From an uncultured Verrucomicrobiae bacterium (lineage in GTDB: Bacteria > Verrucomicrobiota > Verrucomicrobiia > Chthoniobacterales > Chthoniobacteraceae), in assembly GCA_963828525.1 (NCBI GenBank), contig CAWHEP010000010.1:1-64000 (forward strand): a DNA stretch of 64,000 nucleotides, given 5' to 3'. Below, one piece after another: positions 25,694 to 35,766 of the stretch (positions are counted from its first letter, which is position 1; each line of letters opens with the position of its first letter). The notes beneath the pieces are model-generated. The model worked only from the letters and a program-made list of their open reading frames with translations. It was not told where the DNA came from and made no database searches. The translations under genes and the position numbers were made by a program.

Positions 25694-26550
25694 ATGGGAA
25701 TTTTCAAAAAACGTCCGCTCAACTACGGGAGCAAAAAGAAAGAAATGCCGGAGGGACTCTGGCAGAAGTGCCCTCAGTGCGGTGACCTCATTCACAATCT
25801 CGAGCTGACCCAAAATCAACGCGTCTGCCCAAAGTGCGAGCATCACTTCACACAGGGGGCTTTTGAAAGGATCGAGCACCTCACGGATCCCGGCACTTTC
25901 GTCGAGCATGACGCTGGCATGGTTTCCGTGGATCCCTTGCAGTTCAAGGGCCTCGTAACCTACGCCGACACGCTGAAGAAGTATCGAAACCGCACCGGTC
26001 TCAACGAAGCGGTCATCACTGGCGCGGCATCCCTGCTCGGCCATCGCGTCTCCCTTGCGGTCATGGACTTCAGTTTCCTTGCGGCGACGATGGGCTCGGT
26101 GGTTGGAGAAAAGATCACGCGCGCCATCGAGCGAGGCACAAAGGAAGGGCTGCCGGTCATCATCATCGCCGCGTCGGGAGGAGCCCGGATGTATGAAGGG
26201 ATGCTTAGCCTTATGCAGATGGCAAAAACATGCGGCGCGCTCGCGCTTGCACGCCCAGGCGCGCCTTCCCTACATTTCAGTGCTCACAAATCCGACGACA
26301 GCCGGGGTAATGGCGAGTTTCGCCTCGGTGGGCGATCTCATCATCGCGGAACCGAATTGCATGATCGGCTTTGCCGGGTCCTCGGGTGATCCGCGAGACC
26401 ACCCACCAGGAGTTGCCTCCCAATTTCCAGACGGCGGAATTCCTCGAGGAACATGGACTTGTCGATATGATCGTTCACAGGAAGAAAATGAGAGCGACCC
26501 TCGCAGAGTGCCTGAGATACCTGTCCGGCAACGCTGGAACCGTGAAGTGA
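25694..26550 (+). CDS. accD: Acetyl-CoA carboxylase carboxyltransferase beta subunit, frameshifted
   Basis: [67 protein letters not shown]. Confidence 0.95.
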
Positions 26551-26605
26551 AGCGTCCGGGCAGCACGGACGCGTGGGCCTCCACGGAGGCGCTCGCCGCG
26601 AAACG

Positions 26606-27830
26606 GTGAACTACAAGGAGGCGGGAGCGTGGCTGTATGCGACGCAACAACACGGCATCAAGCTGGGCCTGGATAACACCAGGCTCCTGCTTGGCTTCCC
26701 TGGGCCATCACGGCCGGGAGCAAAGGTTTGTTCATGTCGGCTGGGACGAATGGGAAAGGTTCCGTCTGCGCCATCATGGATTCGATCTGTCGCGCGCAAG
26801 GGATCCGAACCGGCCTCTTCATATCTCCTCACCTCGTCTCCTTCCGCGAGAGAATTCGCCTCGATGGAGTCAGATGATAAGCGAGGAAGACGTCGCGGAA
26901 GGATTGACCCGGATCCGCGCGATGCTCGAGAAGGAGGCCATTCACGCCACCTTCTTTGAGATCACGACCGCGCTGGCGCTGGACTATTTTCAGCGTCAGA
27001 AAACCGACGTCGTCATACTCGAAACCGGTCTCGGCGGAAGATTTGATGCTACGAATGTCGTCACGCCGAAGGTCTCCGTGCTTACGGCTATCGACTTTGA
27101 CCACATGGCGTGGCTGGGCTCCACATTGGGGGAGATAGCATTTGAAAAGGCTGGCATCATTAAGCCCGGGGTGCCCGGTGGTTTCGGCGCCGCAGCCGGA
27201 AGAGGCGGCCAGCTCTTTTTCTCCACCGCCGCGCCGCGCGTTCGCCCCTTCGCTTCATCGACAACTCCAGTAACACAGCCTGCCCACGCTTCCGGGGAGT
27301 CACCAGAAGCTGAATGCCGCGCTTGCGATTGCCGCGCTTGCCGACGGTGCGATCCAGGTTTCGGAAGAGGTCTGTCTCCAAGGGACTGCAGTCCGTCGTC
27401 GTGGCCCGGGCGATTTCAAATCTTCGACGACCGGGTCATCCTTGATGGCGCGCATAACAGAGCCGCGGCGGACAGGCTCGTGCTGACATGGAGGGAGGTT
27501 TTCGGGAATGAAAAGGCAATCGTCATCCTCGGTGTCTTGCGAGACAAGGATGTCGGCGCGATGTGCTCCGCGCTTGGGCCTGTGGCTTTCCGCTTTATCA
27601 CGACCGAAGTCCGCAGTCCCCGCTCCTGCTCCGCCGCTATGCTGGCTGAGGCGATCGCGGTCGCGCTCCCGTCTGTGCCGTGCCGCGCCGCCCGGAGCCT
27701 CTCATCCGCGATGGAACTTGCCAGCCGGGACCGGCAGCGCATTCTTGTTACCGGCTCCTTGTTCCTGGTCGGTGAAGCAATCTCCCTGCTGGAAGGCGGC
27801 TCACAGGCGCCGGAATTCACGTCGCAGTAG
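26606..27830 (+). CDS. folC: Bifunctional folylpolyglutamate/dihydrofolate synthase, frameshifted
   Basis: [17 protein letters not shown] (across a frameshift), [37 protein letters not shown]. Confidence 0.93.
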
Positions 27831-27871
27831 ATCGACATTGCCAGAAGAGCCGCTCCCTATAGCTTCCTGAG

Positions 27872-30100
27872 GTGGCGCGTGAATCGTCTTCCGAACCCCG
27901 AGACGGCCTGTCCGGCTCGATCGAGCGCGTGACCTTCCACAACGAGGATACGGGTTTCGCCGTCCTCCGCGTGAAAGTGAAGGGTCGATCGGAACTTGTG
28001 ACCGTGGTCGGGCAGCTCCCCTGTGTCTCCCCGGGCGAATGGATCACCGCGCAGGGCCAGTGGGTGCGCGACAGGGATTTCGGGTTGCAGCTCAAAGCAG
28101 AAAGCCTCCACTGCGCACCCCCGTCCTCCAGGGAGGGTATTGAGAAATATCTCGGGAGCGGTTCGGTGAAAGGAATCGGCCCTGTGTACGCGAGGAAGCT
28201 CGTGGAGAAATTCGGTGAGAAAATCTTCGATGTCATAGAACAGCACTCCGCAAAGCTGGAGGAGATAGAAGGCATAGGCCCAGGGCGGCGGAGGGAGATC
28301 AAGCAGGCATGGGCTGCGCAACGGGTGGTTCGCGAGATCATGGTGTTCCTCCACTCACATGGCGTTGGCTCCAGCAGAGCGGTTCGTATTTACAAGTTTT
28401 ACGGCGAGGCAGCGATCGAGACGGTTCGCGCGAATCCTTACCTTCTCGCCCGCGACATCCCAGGCATAGGCTTCAAGACTGCCGATCAGGTCGCGCAAAA
28501 GCTGGGCATTCCGGCAGGCTCAATCTTGCGAGCCCGTGCCGGCATTAATCATATCTTGGGAGAGGGCGCCGCCGCGGGCCACTGCGCGCTACCCAAGAGC
28601 ATGTTGCTTGATCAGACGGCCGAGCTGCTTAGTGAACGAAGGTTGCCTGAGCGGGAAACCTCCGCGAAAGAACGGGAGTTTCAGAGCGTGATTCACGAGG
28701 CAACCGCGCGGCTCCTGGTGGATGGCGGGATTATCGAGGAACAAATCGGAGGCGAAGCGCTCATCTTCTTGCCCGCTCTCAAACGGGCTGAAGAAGGCAT
28801 AGCGGAAGCTATTCTGGGCGTCCTGGCTCGCCCATCGTCCCACCCTCCAATGGACGTCGATAAGGCTATCGCGTGGGCTGAAGCCCGCGCAAAGAAGACC
28901 CTCGCACCCTCCCAACGCGAGACGGTCGCGCGTTCCCTCGCGTCTCGCCTGCTTGTGATCACCGGTGGTCCCGGCGTCGGAAAAACCACCATTCTCAATT
29001 CCCTCCTCCTGATCCTTCGCGCGAAAAAAGTGAAAGCGCTTTTGTGCGCGCCGACAGGCCGGGCCGCAAAGCGAATGTCAGAGGCCACTGGGATGGAGGC
29101 GATGACCATCCATCGACTTTTGGAATATCAATCCGAAGGAGGGTTCACTCGCGACGCGGCGCGCCCCCTGAACTGCGACCTTCTTGTCGTGGACGAAGCA
29201 TCCATGGTGGATGTGCCACTTATGCACCGCCTCCTCAGGGCATTGCCCGAGCGCGCTCATCTTATCCTCGTGGGTGATGTCGATCAGTTGCCTTCGGTGG
29301 GTCCGGGCATGGTGCTCCCCCACCTCATTCAGAGCGGGATTGTCCCCGTATCGCGCCTCAACGAGATCTTTCGCCAGGCAGCGTCGAGCCGGATCATTAC
29401 CACCGCTCATTCGATCAACCAGGGCGGCATGCCGGAGCTTGTCGGCAATGACGCGGATTCAGACTTTCATTTCATCGAGCGTGAAGACCCATCCGCCATT
29501 CAGGAGACGGTCCTCGAGTGCGCCAGCGTTCGGATCCCGAATAAGCTGGGCTGCGATTCGGTCCGCGACGTACAGGTGCTCTGCCCGATGCGACGCGGCT
29601 CCCTCGGCAGCATGCAATTCAATTTGCTGTTGCAGGCCCGTCTCAACCCGCTGCGGAAAGACGAACCCACCGTCGAAAGATTCGGGTGGCAATTCCGTCT
29701 CCGGGACAAAGTCATGCAAATCCAAAACAACTATGAAAAGGAAGTGTTTAATGGCGATCCCGGCCAGATAACTTCCATTGACTCTGAAAATCGCGAACTT
29801 GTCGTCGCTTTTGACGGACGTTCGGTATCCTACGATTTCGGCGAGCTCGATGAAGTCTCCCTCGCCTACGCTGTCACGGTCCACAAAGCGCAGGGTTCGG
29901 AGTTCCCCGCTGTCATCGTGCCGCTCGCGATGCAGCACTACATGCTCCTTCAACGGAACCTGCTATACACAGCGCTCACGCGAGGAAAGAGAATGGTTGT
30001 TATCGTCGGACAGGGGAAAGCGTGGGCCGCTGCGATCCGCAACGACCAAACCACGAAGAGGTTCTCCGGGCTCTTGCACCGGTTGAAACTCGGCTCGTAG
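27872..30100 (+). CDS. recD2: RecD2/TraA-family ATP-dependent DNA helicase
   Basis: GSIERVTFHNEDTGF, GIGFKTAD, ITGGPGVGKTT, APTGRAAKR, DEASMVD, AYAVTVHKAQGSEF. Confidence 0.95.
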   Translation: MARESSSEPRDGLSGSIERVTFHNEDTGFAVLRVKVKGRSELVTVVGQLPCVSPGEWITAQGQWVRDRDFGLQLKAESLHCAPPSSREGIEKYLGSGSVKGIGPVYARKLVEKFGEKIFDVIEQHSAKLEEIEGIGPGRRREIKQAWAAQRVVREIMVFLHSHGVGSSRAVRIYKFYGEAAIETVRANPYLLARDIPGIGFKTADQVAQKLGIPAGSILRARAGINHILGEGAAAGHCALPKSMLLDQTAELLSERRLPERETSAKEREFQSVIHEATARLLVDGGIIEEQIGGEALIFLPALKRAEEGIAEAILGVLARPSSHPPMDVDKAIAWAEARAKKTLAPSQRETVARSLASRLLVITGGPGVGKTTILNSLLLILRAKKVKALLCAPTGRAAKRMSEATGMEAMTIHRLLEYQSEGGFTRDAARPLNCDLLVVDEASMVDVPLMHRLLRALPERAHLILVGDVDQLPSVGPGMVLPHLIQSGIVPVSRLNEIFRQAASSRIITTAHSINQGGMPELVGNDADSDFHFIEREDPSAIQETVLECASVRIPNKLGCDSVRDVQVLCPMRRGSLGSMQFNLLLQARLNPLRKDEPTVERFGWQFRLRDKVMQIQNNYEKEVFNGDPGQITSIDSENRELVVAFDGRSVSYDFGELDEVSLAYAVTVHKAQGSEFPAVIVPLAMQHYMLLQRNLLYTALTRGKRMVVIVGQGKAWAAAIRNDQTTKRFSGLLHRLKLGS

Positions 30101-30257
30101 CCATTGCCTGAGACGAAGTGTCACACACATCGATTTGAAAGTGTCTTCATATAGAGACAACCTGACGCTTATTCCGCTGCGAGTTGTACTCACATATTTA
30201 TACGTAAGTAGTTCGTAATGAAGCAATTAAACCAACTACGCGACCACTTAAAAAACC

Positions 30258-30275
30258 TTGGCATCCCACAAGCTT
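30258..30275 (+). promoter_or_regulatory. Possible sigma54 promoter for the hsp20 pair
   Basis: TTGGCATCCCACAAGCTT (GG-N10-GC), with palindromes at 30109-30125 and 30142-30159 upstream. Confidence 0.45.
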
Positions 30276-30320
30276 TACACTAAAGGCGAACTTAAACAAC
30301 TTACCTTGGAGGTTAAGACA

Positions 30321-30788
30321 ATGAGCATAATCAGATATCAATCACCCGAAATATCGGCATGGACACCATACGAGCGGCTCTCCACTTTGCGCGACGAGAT
30401 GAATCGCTTGTTTGAGGGAACCGCTTCCAAATCCGCGAGGGATTCCGGGCTGTTTGGCGGATGGAGCCCCGCCCTCGACGTTCACCAGGATCGCGACAGC
30501 ATCTACGTTACCGTAGAGTTGCCGGGCTTAAAGAAAGAGGAAATCGAAATCACCATCCATGATGGCGCGCTGTCTGTAGCGGGAGAGCGCAAGAGCGAAG
30601 CCAAAGCGGGGGATGGGGAGTCCTATCGCAGCGAACGATACTTTGGCCGATTTCACAGGAGTGTCTCGCTCCCCGCGGCTGTCGACTCAAGCAAGGTGAC
30701 CGCAGTTTACAAGGACGGGATCCTTTCGATTACTTTGCCCAAGTCCGAAGAAGCGAAACCGAAGCAGATCGAAGTCAACGTCTCGTAA
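30321..30788 (+). CDS. Hsp20/alpha-crystallin small heat-shock protein
   Basis: WSPALDV, VELPG, ERYFGRFHRSVSLP, YKDGILSITLPK. RBS GGAGG precedes ATG 30321. Confidence 0.95.
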   Translation: MSIIRYQSPEISAWTPYERLSTLRDEMNRLFEGTASKSARDSGLFGGWSPALDVHQDRDSIYVTVELPGLKKEEIEITIHDGALSVAGERKSEAKAGDGESYRSERYFGRFHRSVSLPAAVDSSKVTAVYKDGILSITLPKSEEAKPKQIEVNVS

Positions 30789-30817
30789 GGTCCAACAACG
30801 AACAGGAGATAAACAAT

Positions 30818-31198
30818 ATGAACACACTCGTAGAGAACGATCAGCACAAAGTCGGCAACGGCGCGCAGCGGCAAAGTTATGTGACGCCACTCGCAAATAT
30901 CCACGAAACCAAGGATGGGTACATCGTGGAGGCGGAGATGCCGGGAGTAAACAAATCCGGTCTGGAGGTCACCGTGGACAACAACGAGTTGCTGCTGGTT
31001 GGCCACCGGGCGCCACTCGAGACAAAGGGCGAGGCGGTATATCGCGAATCGCGACCACACGATTTCCGCCGCGTGTTTGAACTCGATCCCTCGATCGACA
31101 CTTCAAAGATCGAGGCGAAGATGGAACAGGGCGTTCTGAAGCTGACCTTGCCCAAGGCGGAGAAGGTGAAACCGAAGAAAATCTCTGTGACAGACTAG
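30818..31198 (+). CDS. Hsp20/alpha-crystallin small heat-shock protein
   Basis: TPLANIHET, AEMPGV, FRRVFEL, GVLKLTLPK. RBS AGGAG. Confidence 0.93.
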   Translation: MNTLVENDQHKVGNGAQRQSYVTPLANIHETKDGYIVEAEMPGVNKSGLEVTVDNNELLLVGHRAPLETKGEAVYRESRPHDFRRVFELDPSIDTSKIEAKMEQGVLKLTLPKAEKVKPKKISVTD

Positions 31199-31226
31199 GC
31201 TCGTTACGACCAAGCGGCCTGTTTGT

Positions 31227-31267
31227 GGAACGGCTCACGCGCAATAGCGCCGTGAGCCGTTCCTTTT
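31227..31267 (+). terminator. Intrinsic terminator after the hsp20 pair
   Basis: GGAACGGCTCACG...CGTGAGCCGTTCC stem followed by TTTT. Confidence 0.75.
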
Positions 31268-31297
31268 GCCGCGGGTTCGCGCCGCTAAATACCGCTA

Positions 31298-32479
31298 CTA
31301 ACCCCGCAGCTTTGCGCCCACCCATTCATATTCGCGGGCGATACTTTTCACCACCCCGCCAACACGAAGAAGCTCAGGGAGCACAGCGAAGGTGTAAGTC
31401 TCGATTTCAAGATGGCTTGTAATGCCGCTCCTCAACTGGCTGAAGAAGTCACCCATCAGCGTTGTTGCAGTGGAGCGAAGCGCCCCCAGTCGCTCGAAGA
31501 AAAGGGGCACATGGAAATGGGCGCGCGCCTCCTCGACAGTTGGGTCGCGGGTAATTTCATCCAGCGCCTCGGGCAGATCCACCCATGAGCGAATGCGCCC
31601 GTCCGCGCAACGCGCCTTCACCTGATGCAGATAGACCGGTTCATCGAAAGCCCGCAGCGCTGTGAAGCTCTCGGGCGAGGGGCTTGCGGCGAGCGCCGCG
31701 CTGATTTGGACCTTTGAAATACGTATTCCCTCGCGGGCGTAACTCCGAAGAGACTCTCCGACATCCTCGAACTGGATAGCCGTATGGCAGGTATCCAGGC
31801 AAACACCCAGGTGACGCCGGATGACTTCTCCCGCCTCCGCGACGCCGTACCCCTTGGAGACGAGATGGGTCACACCTTCGCTTAGGAGTCTCTCATTGAA
31901 AAAGCGGATCATCTCATCGGTAGTCTCGATGTAGCACGAAGGCTCTGGTTCAAGACCGAGGTGGATCAGCTTCCCTGTCTTGTTCAGGATGGAATCAAAC
32001 TCTGCCGCGCAATTTGCGAGCCGTTCCACCATCAGCGTCTCTTCACCCACCTGGATCCATGTCTTGAAGGAGCAGGGAACCGTGCTGATGCTGCCTTCCA
32101 TCCCGCCTGGCAGCAGCGCTGCCAGTATGCGCGCGAGAAGCACCGTGTATTCTTCTCTCTCCACGCTCCTCCAGTCCGGACGGTAAACCTCCTCTTTGAC
32201 GGGCTTGCCGTGAAATTGGCCAAAGGGGAAACCGTTGATGGTAAAGGCGTAGAGATTCTCCGCCGCAAAGAACTCCGCAGCCTCAGCAAGGACCGCGGGA
32301 ACGGCCAGCTCATGTGCCGCGCGAGAGCTGAGGCGCAGACCCAGCCCGAAAGCCGCGTCTGGCGACACGATGCTCTTCACAGCGAGTGCCTTCTTCCGGA
32401 TCGCGGCGATGTTCTCAGCCCAGCTCTCGCCTGGATGCGCGTTCAGGCAATAGGTGAGATCAAGCGAATGAGTTTTCAG
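31298..32479 (-). CDS. eboE: Metabolite traffic protein EboE (TIM barrel); probable CTG start
   Basis: LTYCLNAHPGESW lies in frame upstream of the track ORF. FTINGFPFGQFHG..VKE.VY.PDW, GSISTVP, LEPEP, EPVYLHQV, R.HFHVPLF, HLEIETYTF. Confidence 0.88.
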   Translation of the reverse strand: MKTHSLDLTYCLNAHPGESWAENIAAIRKKALAVKSIVSPDAAFGLGLRLSSRAAHELAVPAVLAEAAEFFAAENLYAFTINGFPFGQFHGKPVKEEVYRPDWRSVEREEYTVLLARILAALLPGGMEGSISTVPCSFKTWIQVGEETLMVERLANCAAEFDSILNKTGKLIHLGLEPEPSCYIETTDEMIRFFNERLLSEGVTHLVSKGYGVAEAGEVIRRHLGVCLDTCHTAIQFEDVGESLRSYAREGIRISKVQISAALAASPSPESFTALRAFDEPVYLHQVKARCADGRIRSWVDLPEALDEITRDPTVEEARAHFHVPLFFERLGALRSTATTLMGDFFSQLRSGITSHLEIETYTFAVLPELLRVGGVVKSIAREYEWVGAKLRG

Positions 32480-33255
32480 AAGAAAAAGGGTTCGCCCAGC
32501 TTTCGGAACGTTTCCTTCTCCTGCTTCAGATATTTGTCTCCCAACGCTTCGAAGCCTCCGCGCGCCCGGTAATCCGCTAAAAACTTGTTAACGCTATTCG
32601 CAAGCTCGGTGTTTCCTTTCCGGATGCCGATGGCCCACTCTTCTTTCTGAAATGGCTTCAAGATGCCCCGCGTAGTCTGCGGGTTTGCCTGGCTGTATTT
32701 GAGCACAGACATCTGGTCATAGATGAAGGCGTCCGTTTCTCCCTGGATGACTTCGAGGACGCAGGTCGCCGCGCTGTCCAGGATCAGCGCTTTGGAACGA
32801 TGCGCTTTGGCTATAGCGTACATTTCCCCGGTCGTTCCCTTCTTGACACAGAACGTCTTCCCGGGTTGATCCGCTTCGTCAATGCTGTTGATCTTTGACT
32901 TCGCTGGCACAAGCAGGCAGAGGCCCGTCGTCAAATAGGGATCGGAGAAGTCGATCGATTCCGCGCGCTCCGCTGTCGCGGTCATGGAAGAAATGATGAG
33001 GTCGATTCGTCCTGTCTTCAGCGCGGGTATCAATCCATCGAAAGGCATGTTTTGAATCTCGATCTTGCGCCCAAGACTTGCTCCAAGGGCGAACGCGAGA
33101 TCGACGCTAACCCCGGCGGGATGGCCTTGGGTATCAGCCATCTCGAACGGCGGCGATGCCAGTTCCATCCCGACGACCAAATCATTGCGCGGCCCCTTCG
33201 AGCAGCCACACACGAGGCACAACTGTAGAACGAGGAAGTAGCGGACGAGTTTCAT
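32476..33255 (-). CDS. Polar amino acid ABC transporter substrate-binding lipoprotein
   Basis: Lipobox-like LVCGC; VGMELASPPFEM, FDGLIPALKTGRIDLIISSMT.T.ER...IDFSDPY. Confidence 0.9.
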   Translation of the reverse strand: MKLVRYFLVLQLCLVCGCSKGPRNDLVVGMELASPPFEMADTQGHPAGVSVDLAFALGASLGRKIEIQNMPFDGLIPALKTGRIDLIISSMTATAERAESIDFSDPYLTTGLCLLVPAKSKINSIDEADQPGKTFCVKKGTTGEMYAIAKAHRSKALILDSAATCVLEVIQGETDAFIYDQMSVLKYSQANPQTTRGILKPFQKEEWAIGIRKGNTELANSVNKFLADYRARGGFEALGDKYLKQEKETFRKLGEPFFF

Positions 33256-33423
33256 CAAGATTGGAATTGCCATTGGAATCAACCGCCGCGCTTTCTCCAA
33301 GACCTTTCTGATTGAGGCGCCGGTTCATCGCGACATAGACTTCGCTGCTCGTTCGATAATCTCCATAAGCGAAGTGCTGAACAACGGACCTGCTTCAGTT
33401 CCTACGACAGATACGCGCCTTCT

Positions 33424-35652
33424 ATGATGAAGCTCTCCTGCATATTGGCCTTGTCCGCCTGCCTCTTCAACTCGGCGCTTGGGGATGACCCGCTCGTCCA
33501 GCCTCTCCCCGATGGAATCGCCTTGGAAATCGGAGATCAGCGCATCGAACTTCGCGTTGCCACACCGCACGCGTTCCTCGTGCATATTTGCGGCTCCGTG
33601 GCGCGAACGCGAAGCATCTTTCTAAGCGGGAATCCGCTGCCCGTTACGCCGTTTTCCGTCAACAGGGAGAATTCAATCGTGGGGCTGAAGACGAGTTTCG
33701 GGGAGCTTCTGATCGACACGCGTCTGAGCAGATGGCGTCTGCGAGACAGCGCGGGCGCGACACTCGCCGACTGGGCTGCTTTGCGTCTCCCACAGTCGAA
33801 CAGAAATATCCCGGAGTTATATCTCGATGCAGGAACCTCACCCATCAAACCAGGGCCGCTCTATTACGGCTCGGGAAACTCCCCGGTCCGGGGAGCTTTG
33901 ACTCAGACCGAGGCGCCATCAAGAACCGACAACGGCTTTACTTCACTGCCGCAATACTGGAGCAACGCCGGCTACGGCGCGCTGATGATCTCGTCAGATG
34001 ATAACAAGCCCGCTTCATGGAAATCTGATGCGGATGGCACTGCGCACTGGCGCGTCCCGGGAGCGGACGCTGGCCTCTATATCGCGCCCGCCGCCAATCT
34101 TTATGACTGGCTGCGTGATGAAGCGGAACTCACTGGTTTCGCGCCCGTCCCTCCGCGCTGGGCTTTCGGCTACATGCAGAGCCGGTGGGGTTGGAAAGAC
34201 AAAACTTACATGGACGATTCCCTCGAACGTTTCTCCAAAGATGACCTGCCCGTGGATGTATTCATAGTCGACTTCGAGTGGTACACCAAGACGCCGGATT
34301 ACTCGGTGCCCGCTCAAGGCGACCCCGATTTTGTCGATTTTGGGTGGAATCCGAATCTGTTTCCCAGTCCAGAAAGACAAATTGCGGATTTTGGGGAAAA
34401 GGGCCTCCACATCGTGGGTATTCGCAAACCGCGAGTCGGTAATACAGAGACTCTCACCATGGCGCGAAGCAAAGGCTGGATACTTCCAGTGAACCCCGCG
34501 GATCCAAACAGCGCCAACATCCGCAGTCGCAACATCGACTTCTCCAATCCGGAGGCGCGGGAGTGGTGGCTTCAGAATAACCGCAAATTCGTCGATGCCG
34601 GAATGGCCGGTTTTTGGGATGACGAGGGTGAGACGACTTTCACCGAGTATAGCTACTGGAACTTGACCCAACAGGTCCTCTTCAGCCAGGCAAAGCCGAA
34701 CGCTCGATTCTGGTGCCTTGATCGTTCATTCGCGCCGGGGGTGCAACGATTCGGCGCCGCGGCGTGGACGGGCGATATCCATTCCGACTGGCGGACGCTT
34801 GCCCAGACTCCTGGGGAGCTATTGAGCTATAGCCTCTCCGGTATGCCGTATGGCGCGTGCGACATCGGCGGCTACGCGGGCAACCCGTCCCCGGAACTAT
34901 TGACCCGGTGGATGCAGGCCGGGGTCTTCTTCCCGGTTATGCGCAGTCACTCCGAACTTACCGCTACTCCCCGCTTCCCCTGGCTCTACGGTTCAGATGC
35001 TGAAAATGCTATCCGCAACGCGCTGGAGCTCCGCTACCGATTAATACCTTACTACTACAGCCTCGCCTTCCAAACTGCTTCCACTGGAGCGCCGATCATG
35101 CGTCCGCTCGTAATGGAATTCCCAAACGAGCAAAAGCTCGCCCAAGTCACCGACGAATGGCTGATGGGAAAGAGTTTGCTGGCAGCCCCTTTGTTGAACG
35201 AGGGCGGCGCGCGCGACGTGCTCCTGCCGACTGACACTTGGTTCGCCTTTGAAACAGGTCGATCTCAAACAGGCGGCAAGTTAATCCACTGCAACGCCAG
35301 ACTGGATGAAATCCCCCTCTATGTTCGAGCGGGCTCGTTGTTACCTCTCGGGCCCATAGCGCGGAATACCAGCCAGCCATCCACAGAGCCACTGGAAATG
35401 CAGATCTATCCCGGCCGTGATAGCGAGTTCGACTTCGTGGAGGACGACGGCAGGACCTTGGATTATCGGAACGGGACAAAGCGGCTGCTTGCCTTCTTCT
35501 GGAACGACTCAGCAAAGACGCTCTCTTGGAAAACGACGGGATCTTACCACGGTAATCGTGTGTTCTTACAAATGAACGCCGCCCTCTTTTCACCCGGTGG
35601 CCCGGTGAAGAAATCTGCGTCCTTGAGAACTGATGGCTCGATACTGTTTTAA
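33424..35652 (+). CDS. Secreted glycoside hydrolase family 31
   Basis: PPRWAFGYMQSRWG, GFWDDEGE, QRFGAAAWTGDI, DIGGY, PIMRPL, IPLYVRAG; signal peptide. Confidence 0.92.
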   Translation: MMKLSCILALSACLFNSALGDDPLVQPLPDGIALEIGDQRIELRVATPHAFLVHICGSVARTRSIFLSGNPLPVTPFSVNRENSIVGLKTSFGELLIDTRLSRWRLRDSAGATLADWAALRLPQSNRNIPELYLDAGTSPIKPGPLYYGSGNSPVRGALTQTEAPSRTDNGFTSLPQYWSNAGYGALMISSDDNKPASWKSDADGTAHWRVPGADAGLYIAPAANLYDWLRDEAELTGFAPVPPRWAFGYMQSRWGWKDKTYMDDSLERFSKDDLPVDVFIVDFEWYTKTPDYSVPAQGDPDFVDFGWNPNLFPSPERQIADFGEKGLHIVGIRKPRVGNTETLTMARSKGWILPVNPADPNSANIRSRNIDFSNPEAREWWLQNNRKFVDAGMAGFWDDEGETTFTEYSYWNLTQQVLFSQAKPNARFWCLDRSFAPGVQRFGAAAWTGDIHSDWRTLAQTPGELLSYSLSGMPYGACDIGGYAGNPSPELLTRWMQAGVFFPVMRSHSELTATPRFPWLYGSDAENAIRNALELRYRLIPYYYSLAFQTASTGAPIMRPLVMEFPNEQKLAQVTDEWLMGKSLLAAPLLNEGGARDVLLPTDTWFAFETGRSQTGGKLIHCNARLDEIPLYVRAGSLLPLGPIARNTSQPSTEPLEMQIYPGRDSEFDFVEDDGRTLDYRNGTKRLLAFFWNDSAKTLSWKTTGSYHGNRVFLQMNAALFSPGGPVKKSASLRTDGSILF

Positions 35653-35766
35653 CCCAAGCTGGGAGCGGCATGGATAGATCGTCACCTCAGCCCCGAATGA
35701 CGCGGCAAAGCATTCCTTTAGCAGATTAAAACCGTTTTAGTTCGAGCGCGAAAATAGATAACGCCC

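Noticed and set aside
25694..27830. accD and folC as pseudogenes or programmed frameshifts
   Set aside because: These are essential genes with all motifs intact. The scattered 1-nt indels also affect neighbours (comF, AEC), which fits low-coverage consensus error.
30180..30240. dif site in the AT-rich tract
   Set aside because: No XerD arm (TTATGTTAAAT-like) is present; the tract is better explained as promoter or IHF-type DNA.
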